DNA from: Promethearchaeia archaeon
GTDB taxonomy: Archaea; Asgardarchaeota; Lokiarchaeia; Sigyniarchaeales; SOKP01
NCBI GenBank assembly: GCA_029856145.1
Contig: JAHQWK010000005.1
Span: forward strand, 1-56,440
DNA: 56,440 nt
Direction of reading: 5' to 3'
Part shown: positions 30,215 through 39,277 of the stretch, piece by piece
Layout of the letters: each line of letters opens with the position of its first letter
How positions within the stretch are numbered: the first letter of the stretch is position 1
Program-made: the position numbers and the translations under genes
The notes under the pieces: model-generated
What the model saw: only the letters and a program-made list of their open reading frames with translations
Told to the model about the DNA's origin: nothing
The model's database searches: none

Positions 30215-31012
30215 TTGAATAACAAAAATTTTTTGATCTGTTTAGTAGGATTGCCTGCATCGGGTAAGAGTACATTTGCTAATTCGTTAAAAATTGCCCT
30301 TAAAAAAAAATTTAATAATTTGGAAGTTAAGATTATTGATCCTGACATAATTAGACAAAAAATAACCTCAGATAAATTTGATCACGAAAAAGAACACATT
30401 GTCAGAAATGAGAATTTAAAAATTATTAGGAGTGAGTTAGAACTAGGGAATACTGTAATTAGTGATGATTTAAACTACTATTCAAGTATGAGACATGATT
30501 TAAAAGGAATTGCAGATGAACTTAATCTAGATTTTTCTATCGTTCATATTGCAACCCCTATTGAAATTTGTATGAAGTGGAATGAAAAAAGAGGTGAACC
30601 TATTCCTATAGAGGTTATCAGTAAAATTCAGGATAAATTTGATATGTTTAATAAATATAATTGGGATAATCCTATTGCCACGTATGATCTCTCAGAGATA
30701 TCTGACCTAAACATAGTAATGAAGGAATTTTTGGCTAAATTAGAAGATAAGATGAATTTTAGAAAACAAAAATTTGGAAAAGAAAGGACTAAGATTATTT
30801 CTAACATATATAATGAAAATTTAGACAAAATTACTAGAGTTTATGTAGGAAAACTTGTATTAAATCCTAGTTTTATCCCTCTTAAAAACAAGATTTTTAA
30901 ATTAAGAAAAACCTATATAAAAAAAAATAAAAATAAAGCGCTAAGCGAGACAGAAATCTTAAAAAGGTTTAAAATTTATTTAGAAAAAATTCTAAATATA
31001 AAAATTTCTTGA
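30215..31012 (+). CDS. pstK: O-phosphoseryl-tRNA(Sec) kinase (PSTK/KTI12 family)
   Basis: LVGLPASGKSTFA, D.IR, VISDDLNYYSSMR, N.KR...IP.EVI, Y.WD.P, and a helical C-terminal domain. Confidence 0.82.
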   Translation: MNNKNFLICLVGLPASGKSTFANSLKIALKKKFNNLEVKIIDPDIIRQKITSDKFDHEKEHIVRNENLKIIRSELELGNTVISDDLNYYSSMRHDLKGIADELNLDFSIVHIATPIEICMKWNEKRGEPIPIEVISKIQDKFDMFNKYNWDNPIATYDLSEISDLNIVMKEFLAKLEDKMNFRKQKFGKERTKIISNIYNENLDKITRVYVGKLVLNPSFIPLKNKIFKLRKTYIKKNKNKALSETEILKRFKIYLEKILNIKIS

Positions 31013-31122
31013 ATGTTTTTTTGACAGACAATTATAAAAATTAAAGAAAAAGAAAATAAACTACTATTACTTTTTTTACATGATAATTTTCAAAAATTTG
31101 ATTAGTTTCGTTATGAGGAAAA

Positions 31123-33402
31123 ATGTCGCAAGGAAAAATTGTGAAGAAGAACTCTAAACTCAGAATTGAGAGGTTAGATAAAAGTCGAAGTGGACGTTCT
31201 CTTTGTTATATAGATCAAGATATAATGTTTGAATTAGGATTAAACACAGGAGATATTATTGAGATTAGAGGAAAGAAAAAAACTACTGGTATTGCTGTTT
31301 CTTCAGGTTCAGATAGAGGAAAGGGGATTATTAGACTTGATGGACTCCAAAGATTAAATGCAGGAGCAACAATAGGAGAATATGTTACATTACAACTCGC
31401 AGATGTTCATCCCGCAATTGAAATTATATTAACTCCTACCCGTCCTAATATTGATTTAAAGAGGCAAGCAGAAGCGATTAAAGGAAAGTTAATTGATAAA
31501 CCGGTAGTGTTAGGCGATATCGTTGATGTCTTGGGAACTTTTGTTCAAAGAGATGAGAGTGACAACCCAATGTCTGAAATTATGAAAATGTTTCCTTTTG
31601 GAGCTAAAAAAAGGCCAACATTGGGAACGTTAAGGTTAATTGTGGAGAATTTAAAACCTTCAGATAAAGTAGTTAAAATAACTCGTGATACTCTAATAAA
31701 AGTTAATAAAAGAGTAGCGGTTCTTAATATCTCTGGGGGTGTTGTTACTTACGATGATGTCGGAGGATTGACAGATGAAATTCAAAGAATTAGAGAGATG
31801 GTTGAATTACCTTTAAAACACCCTGAATTATTCCATCGTTTGAATATAGATCCACCTAAGGGTGTACTATTTCATGGACCTTCTGGAACAGGTAAAACGC
31901 TTATGGCAAAAGCTGTTTCACAAGAATCTAATGCTAATTTTATAATTATAAATGGTCCTGAAATAATGAGTAAGTTTTATGGAGCAAGTGAGGGGAGACT
32001 TCGAGATATATTTAGAGAAGCAGAAGAAAATGCGCCCTCTATAATTTTTATAGATGAAATCGATTCTATTGCTCCAAAACGGGTTGATACTTCAGGAGAA
32101 GTAGAAAGGCGAGTTGTTTCTCAATTGTTATCTTTAATGGATGGTCTACGTGGTAGAGGGGAAATAATTTGTGTTGGTGCTACTAACAGAATTAATGCAA
32201 TTGATGAAGCTTTAAGAAGACCGGGAAGATTTGATCGTGAGATTGAGTTTGGTGTTCCAAATGTTAAGGGAAGAAAAGAAGTATTTCAAATACATACAAG
32301 GGGAATGCCAATAGAAAAAGACGTCAAACTAGATGACTATGCTGATATAACTCATGGGTTTGTTGGAGCTGATATTATGGCGGTATGTCGGGAAGCTGCG
32401 ATGTATTCACTTAGAAGAATTTTACCAAAGATCAATTTAGATGAACCAATCCCTAGTGAAATTATTCAAGAAATTAAGATTAAAAATAATGATTTTATTC
32501 AAGCTCTAAATATGATTGAACCTTCTGCAATGCGAGAAGTTATGGTCGAAATTCCTGATACCTCTTGGGATGAAGTTGGAGGCTTAGAGGATATAAAAAA
32601 TGAGTTAAAAGAAGCAGTAGAATGGCCATTGAAATATCCTAAATTATTCGAAAGAGCAGGGATTCGCCCATTAAACGGAATACTCCTTTTTGGGCCCCCC
32701 GGATGTGGAAAAACCCTTTTAGCTAAAGCTATTGCCACTGAAACAAAGACTAATTTCATAACAGTAAAAGGGCCCGAATTATTTTCTAAATGGGTTGGCG
32801 AAAGTGAGAAATCAGTAAGAAATATTTTTAGAAAAGCTAGACAATCGGCACCTTCAATAGTCTATTTCGATGAAATTGATGCTGTTTCCGCTTCTAGGGG
32901 AATTAGCGAGGGAACCGCCCTTAGAGACTCAATTGTAAATCAAATATTAGTAGAAATGGATGGAATTGAAAATCGAAAAGGTATTGTTGTTATTGCGAGT
33001 ACAAATCGACCTGATATGGTAGATTCAGCATTATTAAGACCTGGAAGACTAGATCGATTATTATATGTTAGAGCCCCTAACCTTGAAGAAAGAGAAGATA
33101 TATTAAAAGTTCACACTAAAAACATGCCCTTAGCAGATGATATTTCTTTAAAACATACCGCACAAACAACAGAAGGATATAGTGGTGCCGATTTAGAAAA
33201 TGTATGTCGTGAAGCAGGAATGCAGGCAATTAGAGAAAAATTAAATGATTTAGAAAAAATAGAACAAAAACACTTTGATTTTGCATTGTCTAAAATTAAT
33301 TCGACATTACCAAACGAAATTATTGAAAAATATGAAAGTATGGCTAAAGAAATAACTAAATCAAGGAATATTCAGGAATCCAAAGCTGATTTATATAGAT
33401 AA
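31123..33402 (+). CDS. cdc48: Cdc48/p97 (VCP/VAT) AAA+ ATPase
   Basis: N-domain plus two AAA modules ([14 protein letters not shown]; [13 protein letters not shown]), [11 protein letters not shown], and a C-terminal HbYX motif (LYR). Confidence 0.96.
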   Translation: MSQGKIVKKNSKLRIERLDKSRSGRSLCYIDQDIMFELGLNTGDIIEIRGKKKTTGIAVSSGSDRGKGIIRLDGLQRLNAGATIGEYVTLQLADVHPAIEIILTPTRPNIDLKRQAEAIKGKLIDKPVVLGDIVDVLGTFVQRDESDNPMSEIMKMFPFGAKKRPTLGTLRLIVENLKPSDKVVKITRDTLIKVNKRVAVLNISGGVVTYDDVGGLTDEIQRIREMVELPLKHPELFHRLNIDPPKGVLFHGPSGTGKTLMAKAVSQESNANFIIINGPEIMSKFYGASEGRLRDIFREAEENAPSIIFIDEIDSIAPKRVDTSGEVERRVVSQLLSLMDGLRGRGEIICVGATNRINAIDEALRRPGRFDREIEFGVPNVKGRKEVFQIHTRGMPIEKDVKLDDYADITHGFVGADIMAVCREAAMYSLRRILPKINLDEPIPSEIIQEIKIKNNDFIQALNMIEPSAMREVMVEIPDTSWDEVGGLEDIKNELKEAVEWPLKYPKLFERAGIRPLNGILLFGPPGCGKTLLAKAIATETKTNFITVKGPELFSKWVGESEKSVRNIFRKARQSAPSIVYFDEIDAVSASRGISEGTALRDSIVNQILVEMDGIENRKGIVVIASTNRPDMVDSALLRPGRLDRLLYVRAPNLEEREDILKVHTKNMPLADDISLKHTAQTTEGYSGADLENVCREAGMQAIREKLNDLEKIEQKHFDFALSKINSTLPNEIIEKYESMAKEITKSRNIQESKADLYR

Positions 33403-33530
33403 GTGAAACCTCAATAATCCTCTTTTACTCTTTTTCTATTGATCTGATTATAGTATTAATTGATTTTGTAAAATTTTATTATGAGCATTAGTTAATTATT
33501 ATTATCAAAATAATTTTGTTGATGTTTTAA

Positions 33531-34733
33531 ATGAATGATATTAAAATTGATTGGGATGGTCATATAAGAAAATATTGGGCGGCAATGGAAGAATTAAATT
33601 TAGATTTTTGTGTTCTAACTCGAGTAAAATCTATAACATATCTGGTAGGATGTTTTGTTCCATGGAAAAGCTATTTATTTCTCCCAAAAGAAGGGATGGG
33701 AGAACCAGAACTATTTACTGTACTCTTAGACACAGAAAGAATAAGAGCAGAAGGACATTTGAAGAATATAAGTGGATGGGGGCCTCTCAAAGGATTTTAT
33801 ATAGAAAAGAAACTGCAAAAAGCAGCTAAAAAAGCAGGGGTATATAATCCTAAAGGAAAACCTCCTAGAATTGGTGTAGAGCTTGGATTAGATATTTGCG
33901 TAACTGGTCAAATGCTTTCATATACTGAAGCAGAATTATTAAAGAAAATGTTTCTTGGATGCGAACTTATTGATTTTAATGATAAAACCGAGAGAATTCA
34001 ATTTATCAAAGAACCAGAGGAGATTGCTATGCTTCGTAAAGCATCTAAAATTACCGATATTGGACAAGAGGTTGTTAAGAAAGAATTAAGTGAACGTCCT
34101 ACGGGGAAGATTTTTACTGAAAATGAGATTGCAGGAATAGGTACTTTAGCTATGAGAAAAGCAGGAAGCAATTATGAATGGACTTTCACAGGAAGTCAGG
34201 AAATCGGTTCAGGTCATCGAGCAAGCTGGACTTTTAATGGATGTACGCCAGCTACAAATAAAAAAGTAAAAGAGGGAGAATCTTTACTTGTAGACTTGCA
34301 TAGCGAATATGGATGTTATCTTGGAGATTTAAGTCATAATTATATTCTTGGATCATGCTCTTCTGAGCTTAAAAAGTTCAATGAAGTATATGAACAATTA
34401 TGTTATACTCTAATTGACAATATGTATGTAGGAAATACATTTGATAACTGCTATCAAGAAGTACATAAAGTGGCTGAAAAAACAGGATATGGAAACGAAT
34501 TATTCTTTGGAATTGGACATGGTATCGGTTGTATTGGGAATGAATCTTCCCCTGTTGTAGTTCCCGGTAAAGATTGGGGTCATTTAACATTCGAAGAAAA
34601 TATGGTTGAAATTGCAGCAATAGTATTTAATCGACCTGGTCTAGGAGGACTTCGGCTTGAGTCGCCTACCCTTGTTACAAGTAAGGGTGCTGAAGTTTTA
34701 CCGAAAACCAAATTTGAAGTTGATTATATCTAA
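33531..34733 (+). CDS. M24 (Xaa-Pro peptidase/creatinase fold) hydrolase, atypical active site
   Basis: IKEPEEI..LRKA, D...D, GHGIG, GG.RLE. Confidence 0.85.
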   Translation: MNDIKIDWDGHIRKYWAAMEELNLDFCVLTRVKSITYLVGCFVPWKSYLFLPKEGMGEPELFTVLLDTERIRAEGHLKNISGWGPLKGFYIEKKLQKAAKKAGVYNPKGKPPRIGVELGLDICVTGQMLSYTEAELLKKMFLGCELIDFNDKTERIQFIKEPEEIAMLRKASKITDIGQEVVKKELSERPTGKIFTENEIAGIGTLAMRKAGSNYEWTFTGSQEIGSGHRASWTFNGCTPATNKKVKEGESLLVDLHSEYGCYLGDLSHNYILGSCSSELKKFNEVYEQLCYTLIDNMYVGNTFDNCYQEVHKVAEKTGYGNELFFGIGHGIGCIGNESSPVVVPGKDWGHLTFEENMVEIAAIVFNRPGLGGLRLESPTLVTSKGAEVLPKTKFEVDYI

Positions 34734-34767
34734 TTCTTTTTTTCCTTATGTTTTTAAAAAGCGGAGT

Positions 34768-35919
34768 TTATAAATTTTGAACGAATTTCTCAATTCTATC
34801 CATAGCTTCTTCAAGCTTTTCTAATTCAGTAGCATATGAGATTCTTATCATATTTTCTGAAAATGACCCAAAAATGTTTCCAGGAACGATAGCTACCGCT
34901 TGTTCTTTCATAATTCTCTGTGAAAATTGAGAACCGCTCAAATTGAATTTTTCTGTTGAGGGCATTATATAAAATGCTCCACTTGGTTTTACTACATTAA
35001 AACCCATCCTGTTTAATCGATTATGCACTAAATTACGTCTTTTATCAAAAGTCTCCCATATTTCCTTAAAAAAATTCGCGTCCATTTTTAGTGCTTCAAT
35101 AAAACCATACTGAGCAGCATGATTAGTTCCTGCAATAGTATATTGATGAAATTTCTCCATTAAATCTATTATTTCTTTTGAAGCAATAGCATACCCTAAT
35201 CTAAAACCAGTAGCAGAATATGACTTTGACATAGCATTTACTGTTATAGTTCTTTCAAACATACCATTTAAAGAAGCTGGACTTACATGTTTTAGTCCAT
35301 CATAAATATAATTTTCATAGACTTCATCTGTAATTAAATACAAATCATTTTCTATAATAATATCGACAATTTCTTCCAAATCTTTTTGAGTTAAAGCATA
35401 ACCAGTAGGATTATTAGGAGTATTGATCAACATTGCCTTAGTTTTATTTGTAATCGAATTCCTTATTTTTTCAATATTAGGGCTAAAATCTTTATTTCGC
35501 TCAACCTCTATCACTTTAACACCAAAAAATGAAGCACAGTAAAAGTAAGAGACGAAATTTGGTGAGGAAATGATCAACTCATCTCCAGGATTAAAAATTG
35601 AAGCAAATGCTAAAGTAACTGCTTGACTGGCTCCGTTAGTAACAATTATATTATCTCTCCATTTTATATTAATCTGATTAATATTAACCGCTTTCTTCTC
35701 TATTAATTCTAATAACTCAGGAACACCCCTAGTGGGGGCATACATAGTAATATTCTTTTTTAATGCGTTTATATTTCCTTGTATTACAGGTTCGGGAGTT
35801 CTAAAATCTGGCTGTCCAATCCCAAGACTAATAACACCCGAACGACCAGAGGCAAGATCAAATAACTCTCTTATAGCAGATTTTGGAGCTTTCAATAATC
35901 TTTGAGATGTTTCTTTCAT
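34768..35919 (-). CDS. PLP-dependent aminotransferase class I/II (aspartate aminotransferase-like)
   Basis: GQPDF, NTPNNPTG, DEVYE, SKSYSATGFRLGY, GAFY, RISYA. Confidence 0.95.
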   Translation of the reverse strand: MKETSQRLLKAPKSAIRELFDLASGRSGVISLGIGQPDFRTPEPVIQGNINALKKNITMYAPTRGVPELLELIEKKAVNINQINIKWRDNIIVTNGASQAVTLAFASIFNPGDELIISSPNFVSYFYCASFFGVKVIEVERNKDFSPNIEKIRNSITNKTKAMLINTPNNPTGYALTQKDLEEIVDIIIENDLYLITDEVYENYIYDGLKHVSPASLNGMFERTITVNAMSKSYSATGFRLGYAIASKEIIDLMEKFHQYTIAGTNHAAQYGFIEALKMDANFFKEIWETFDKRRNLVHNRLNRMGFNVVKPSGAFYIMPSTEKFNLSGSQFSQRIMKEQAVAIVPGNIFGSFSENMIRISYATELEKLEEAMDRIEKFVQNL

Positions 35920-36006
35920 GATTATACTCTTAACATAAATACTTTAAAAAGACTAGTCGTCAATTTTTTAATACAAAAAGAAGTTGTGCGAGACTATTAA
36001 AACTTT

Positions 36007-36561
36007 TTAAATCTCTACACCATGGTTGTTCAAGATTTGATTTACTAGAAGTATAAAAGCTTCTTCAATATTTTCTCCCAGTTTTGCACTTGTTTCAATA
36101 AAGTGGCTAGCTTTGATTTTTTGGGCTATTTTTTTACCTCTCTCTTGTGTTACTGTCCTTTGGTCTGTTAAATCTGATTTATTGCCAATTAATATATATG
36201 CTCCCTCTTTCTTAACATATTTTTTGAAATCTCGTAACCATTTGGAATTTATGCTATCAAAAGTGCTATAGCGAGTAACATCATAAACCAGTAAAGCACC
36301 TTGACATCCCTGAAAATACATACTGCGAACAACTCGGTACTTTTCTTGACCTGCTAGATCCCACATTATAAGTCGAACTTTTGTGCTATTCAAGTTTACA
36401 TCTTTACGAACAATGTTTGCTCCTAGCGTAGGTTTGTAGTCCTCGTTAAATGAGCCTTCTACAAATTGATTTATCAAAGATGTCTTACCTACAGCAGCAT
36501 CTCCTAAAATAACTACTTTGTATACGAATTCTCGATCGAGATTAGCATCTTCGATTATCAT
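36007..36561 (-). CDS. Rab-like small GTPase
   Basis: GDAAVGKT, PTLG, WDLAGQEKY, GNKSD, ETSAK. Confidence 0.95.
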   Translation of the reverse strand: MIIEDANLDREFVYKVVILGDAAVGKTSLINQFVEGSFNEDYKPTLGANIVRKDVNLNSTKVRLIMWDLAGQEKYRVVRSMYFQGCQGALLVYDVTRYSTFDSINSKWLRDFKKYVKKEGAYILIGNKSDLTDQRTVTQERGKKIAQKIKASHFIETSAKLGENIEEAFILLVNQILNNHGVEI

Positions 36562-36688
36562 TGTGCAATTTAATATTTTGTTGTAGGTCTATTTAATACT
36601 TTTTTCATTTTTTTATAAAAAATTATATTAATGTCTAAATGGATTTCTTATATTACTTCAATTATATAACTTAATTTTCGTTTTTAAC

Positions 36689-37255
36689 TTATTTAATACT
36701 TTTGTCAATTTTTAATTTAACTATGAAACTATTATGTTGGGGATCTTTTATGTCATCTATATCTCTCTCATAAATAACTTTATGTTCTGATGGTAAGGAT
36801 TTTTGTAATGAATTAACTAAAAATCCTTTAAACAAATCACAAGGAACTCCAATCTCAGAACAAAAGATACATCGATCGACACTTATAAACATTTCATTTT
36901 CGTTATTTTCTCTAATACTAACCTTCCAATCTGCTATAATTGAAGAATTTATTTCATCAATAATTTCTTCAAAACTTTTTCCAAATGGAAATAAATAAAA
37001 TGAGAATTTCTTACCAATTTCAAAAAGGAGATCAGAGGAATCATATAATAAACAATTTTGAGCAGATATGATTTTTTTAAAAGAAAAAAAGTCTAATGTA
37101 TCATTAGGGTTTTTATCTCTTATATCCTTTATGTGTATCATTCCTGCTTCTTTTAAGATAGATTTCATCCCATCATAATCAAGGATATCGTGATAGGCTT
37201 GAAGAAGCGCCACAATAACTTTATTTTTTACAAACCCTTTATAATCTCCAATCAT
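36689..37255 (-). CDS. V4R/H-NOX-fold-like protein
   Basis: DIL..DGMKSILKEAG, FEIGKKF, DRCIFCSE...PCDLFKGFL match the V4R Cys pattern. Confidence 0.7.
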   Translation of the reverse strand: MIGDYKGFVKNKVIVALLQAYHDILDYDGMKSILKEAGMIHIKDIRDKNPNDTLDFFSFKKIISAQNCLLYDSSDLLFEIGKKFSFYLFPFGKSFEEIIDEINSSIIADWKVSIRENNENEMFISVDRCIFCSEIGVPCDLFKGFLVNSLQKSLPSEHKVIYERDIDDIKDPQHNSFIVKLKIDKSIK

Positions 37256-37294
37256 TTCTGTCTAATTCGATACCTTACTTTTTATAATAATTTA

Positions 37295-37855
37295 TTAATT
37301 TCTTTCGAATTTAACTCCACTTTTCTTTAATATATACAAAACTAATTTTTTAAACGCTTCCTCAACGTTTTCCCCATATTTTGCACTTGTTTCTATAAAC
37401 TCTGCAGCATCAATCTTTTGAGATAATGATTTTCCTTCTTCGGATGATACTTTAATTGAATCTTTTAAATCTAATTTGTTACCTATTAATATATAAACTC
37501 CATCAGGCCTGCTAAATTTTTTAAAATCCTCAAGCCATTTTATTGTTATCTGTTCAAATGTTGAATAACGTGTTATATCATAAACTAGAAGTGCTCCGAC
37601 ACAACCCTGAAAAAAATTTTGACGTGTTAATTCATATTTATCCTGACCGGCTATATCCCATAAGAGCAAACGAATTTTGGAGTTTATTTCGTCAATTCTT
37701 ATATCCTTTGATACTATGTTTACACCTAGAGTTGGCGTGTAACTTTCTTTAAAGGAATTAGTAATATATTTATCAATTAAGGATGTTTTCCCTACTGCAG
37801 GATCTCCTAATATTGCCAACTTTAATGCCCATTCTCTATTCTTATTATATACCAT
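37295..37855 (-). CDS. Rab-like small GTPase
   Basis: GDPAVGKT, PTLG, WDIAGQDKY, GNKLD, ETSAK. Confidence 0.95.
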   Translation of the reverse strand: MVYNKNREWALKLAILGDPAVGKTSLIDKYITNSFKESYTPTLGVNIVSKDIRIDEINSKIRLLLWDIAGQDKYELTRQNFFQGCVGALLVYDITRYSTFEQITIKWLEDFKKFSRPDGVYILIGNKLDLKDSIKVSSEEGKSLSQKIDAAEFIETSAKYGENVEEAFKKLVLYILKKSGVKFERN

Positions 37856-37872
37856 TAAATCTCAACCCATTT

Positions 37873-38307
37873 TCATAAATCTAAAAGCGATAAATTAAAT
37901 TGAGGATCCTCAGCGCGACTTAATTCTTGATCAATTTCCAATATTTTAACTTCACCTGTAACGGATATTATGCTTGGTTGGCTTAGATGTCCTCCTATTA
38001 CAGAATAATCACTTCTTCCTAAAGTTACATGTAAGTGAATTATTGGCTCTTTACCTTTATATGTTATATTTCCTATGCAACTAATTAATTCTACGTATTC
38101 ATTAAAAGTTTCCATTTTGTAATTTTTGGAATCAATATCATAAAAACCGATTGTAAATTTTTTTAATGCACCAATACAGTTGATTAATCCAGATTTGATA
38201 TTATATTGTTTAACTAAGTCAATGATTGAGTTTATTAAATCTTCATTAGGTTCAACTTTCCCGAAAATAATGCGTTTAGATCTAGTTTCGATACTTTTCA
38301 TTTTCAT
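37873..38307 (-). CDS. PPC (DUF296) domain protein
   Basis: IGAL, ELISCIGNI, HLHVTLG, GGHL, TGEV. Confidence 0.92.
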   Translation of the reverse strand: MKMKSIETRSKRIIFGKVEPNEDLINSIIDLVKQYNIKSGLINCIGALKKFTIGFYDIDSKNYKMETFNEYVELISCIGNITYKGKEPIIHLHVTLGRSDYSVIGGHLSQPSIISVTGEVKILEIDQELSRAEDPQFNLSLLDL

Positions 38308-38317
38308 TTAAATTTTA

Positions 38318-38854
38318 TTAAACTTTAATTCCTTCATTCCTTAATATTTGAAAGACTAATTTTTCAAAAGCTTTTTCTACATTTTCTCCGTATTTCGCAC
38401 TCGTTTCAACAAGGTCACTTGCGTCTATTTTATCTGCAAGTGCTCTTCCCTCCTCATTGGATACTGTTCTAGAATCTTGTAAGTCAATTTTATTTCCTAT
38501 TAAAACATAAGCTAAATCTTTTTCTCCATATTCATTTAGATCTTCTAACCATTTAGATTCAATATTTTTAAATGTAGCATGTCTGGTTATATCATATATA
38601 AATAATGCCCCTACTACACCTTGAAAAAACATTTTTCGCGAAAGATCATATTTTTCTTGACCAGAAATATCCCAAATAACTAACCGGATTTGATTATGTT
38701 CTGTTTCTAATTCTTTCACACAGATTGAAACGCCTAATGTGGGCTTGTAATCTTCTTTAAATTGGTGATGAGCATACATATTGATCAGAGAGGTTTTACC
38801 AACCGCGCTATCTCCTAATAAAACAAGCTTCAGAACAATGATGTTGTCAGACAT
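38318..38854 (-). CDS. Rab-like small GTPase
   Basis: GDSAVGKT, PTLG, WDISGQEKY, GNKID, ETSAK. Confidence 0.95.
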   Translation of the reverse strand: MSDNIIVLKLVLLGDSAVGKTSLINMYAHHQFKEDYKPTLGVSICVKELETEHNQIRLVIWDISGQEKYDLSRKMFFQGVVGALFIYDITRHATFKNIESKWLEDLNEYGEKDLAYVLIGNKIDLQDSRTVSNEEGRALADKIDASDLVETSAKYGENVEKAFEKLVFQILRNEGIKV

Positions 38855-39277
38855 CGTTATTAAAAAGATCTATTTGAAAATATTATCTATTTTTTATAGA
38901 TTAGATAATTTCATATTTTTTATATTTGAGCTAAATAAGAGATTTTCATACATCTGCTACAAATTATTTTTTCATCAATAATACCGTAATATTTTTTAGA
39001 TCATTTTACTTCATTTAAAATATAACGTGGATGTGGATGCTATGAGTATAAATATTAAATTTCTAAGTTTTGCACAAAATATGATTAAGATCATATCCAC
39101 GATTATTATTATCTAAATTCATTTATTTGTGAAGTGAATTTTCTTAGCTTTTACTTCCACATCCTACTTCATAAATAATGCATTCGGTATTTATGATATA
39201 ACCAAATTTGTTAATTAAATAGTTTTTTAATATTTTTAAGTCAAAAGAATTGAGTATGAAAAAAAAAATTAAGTTAG

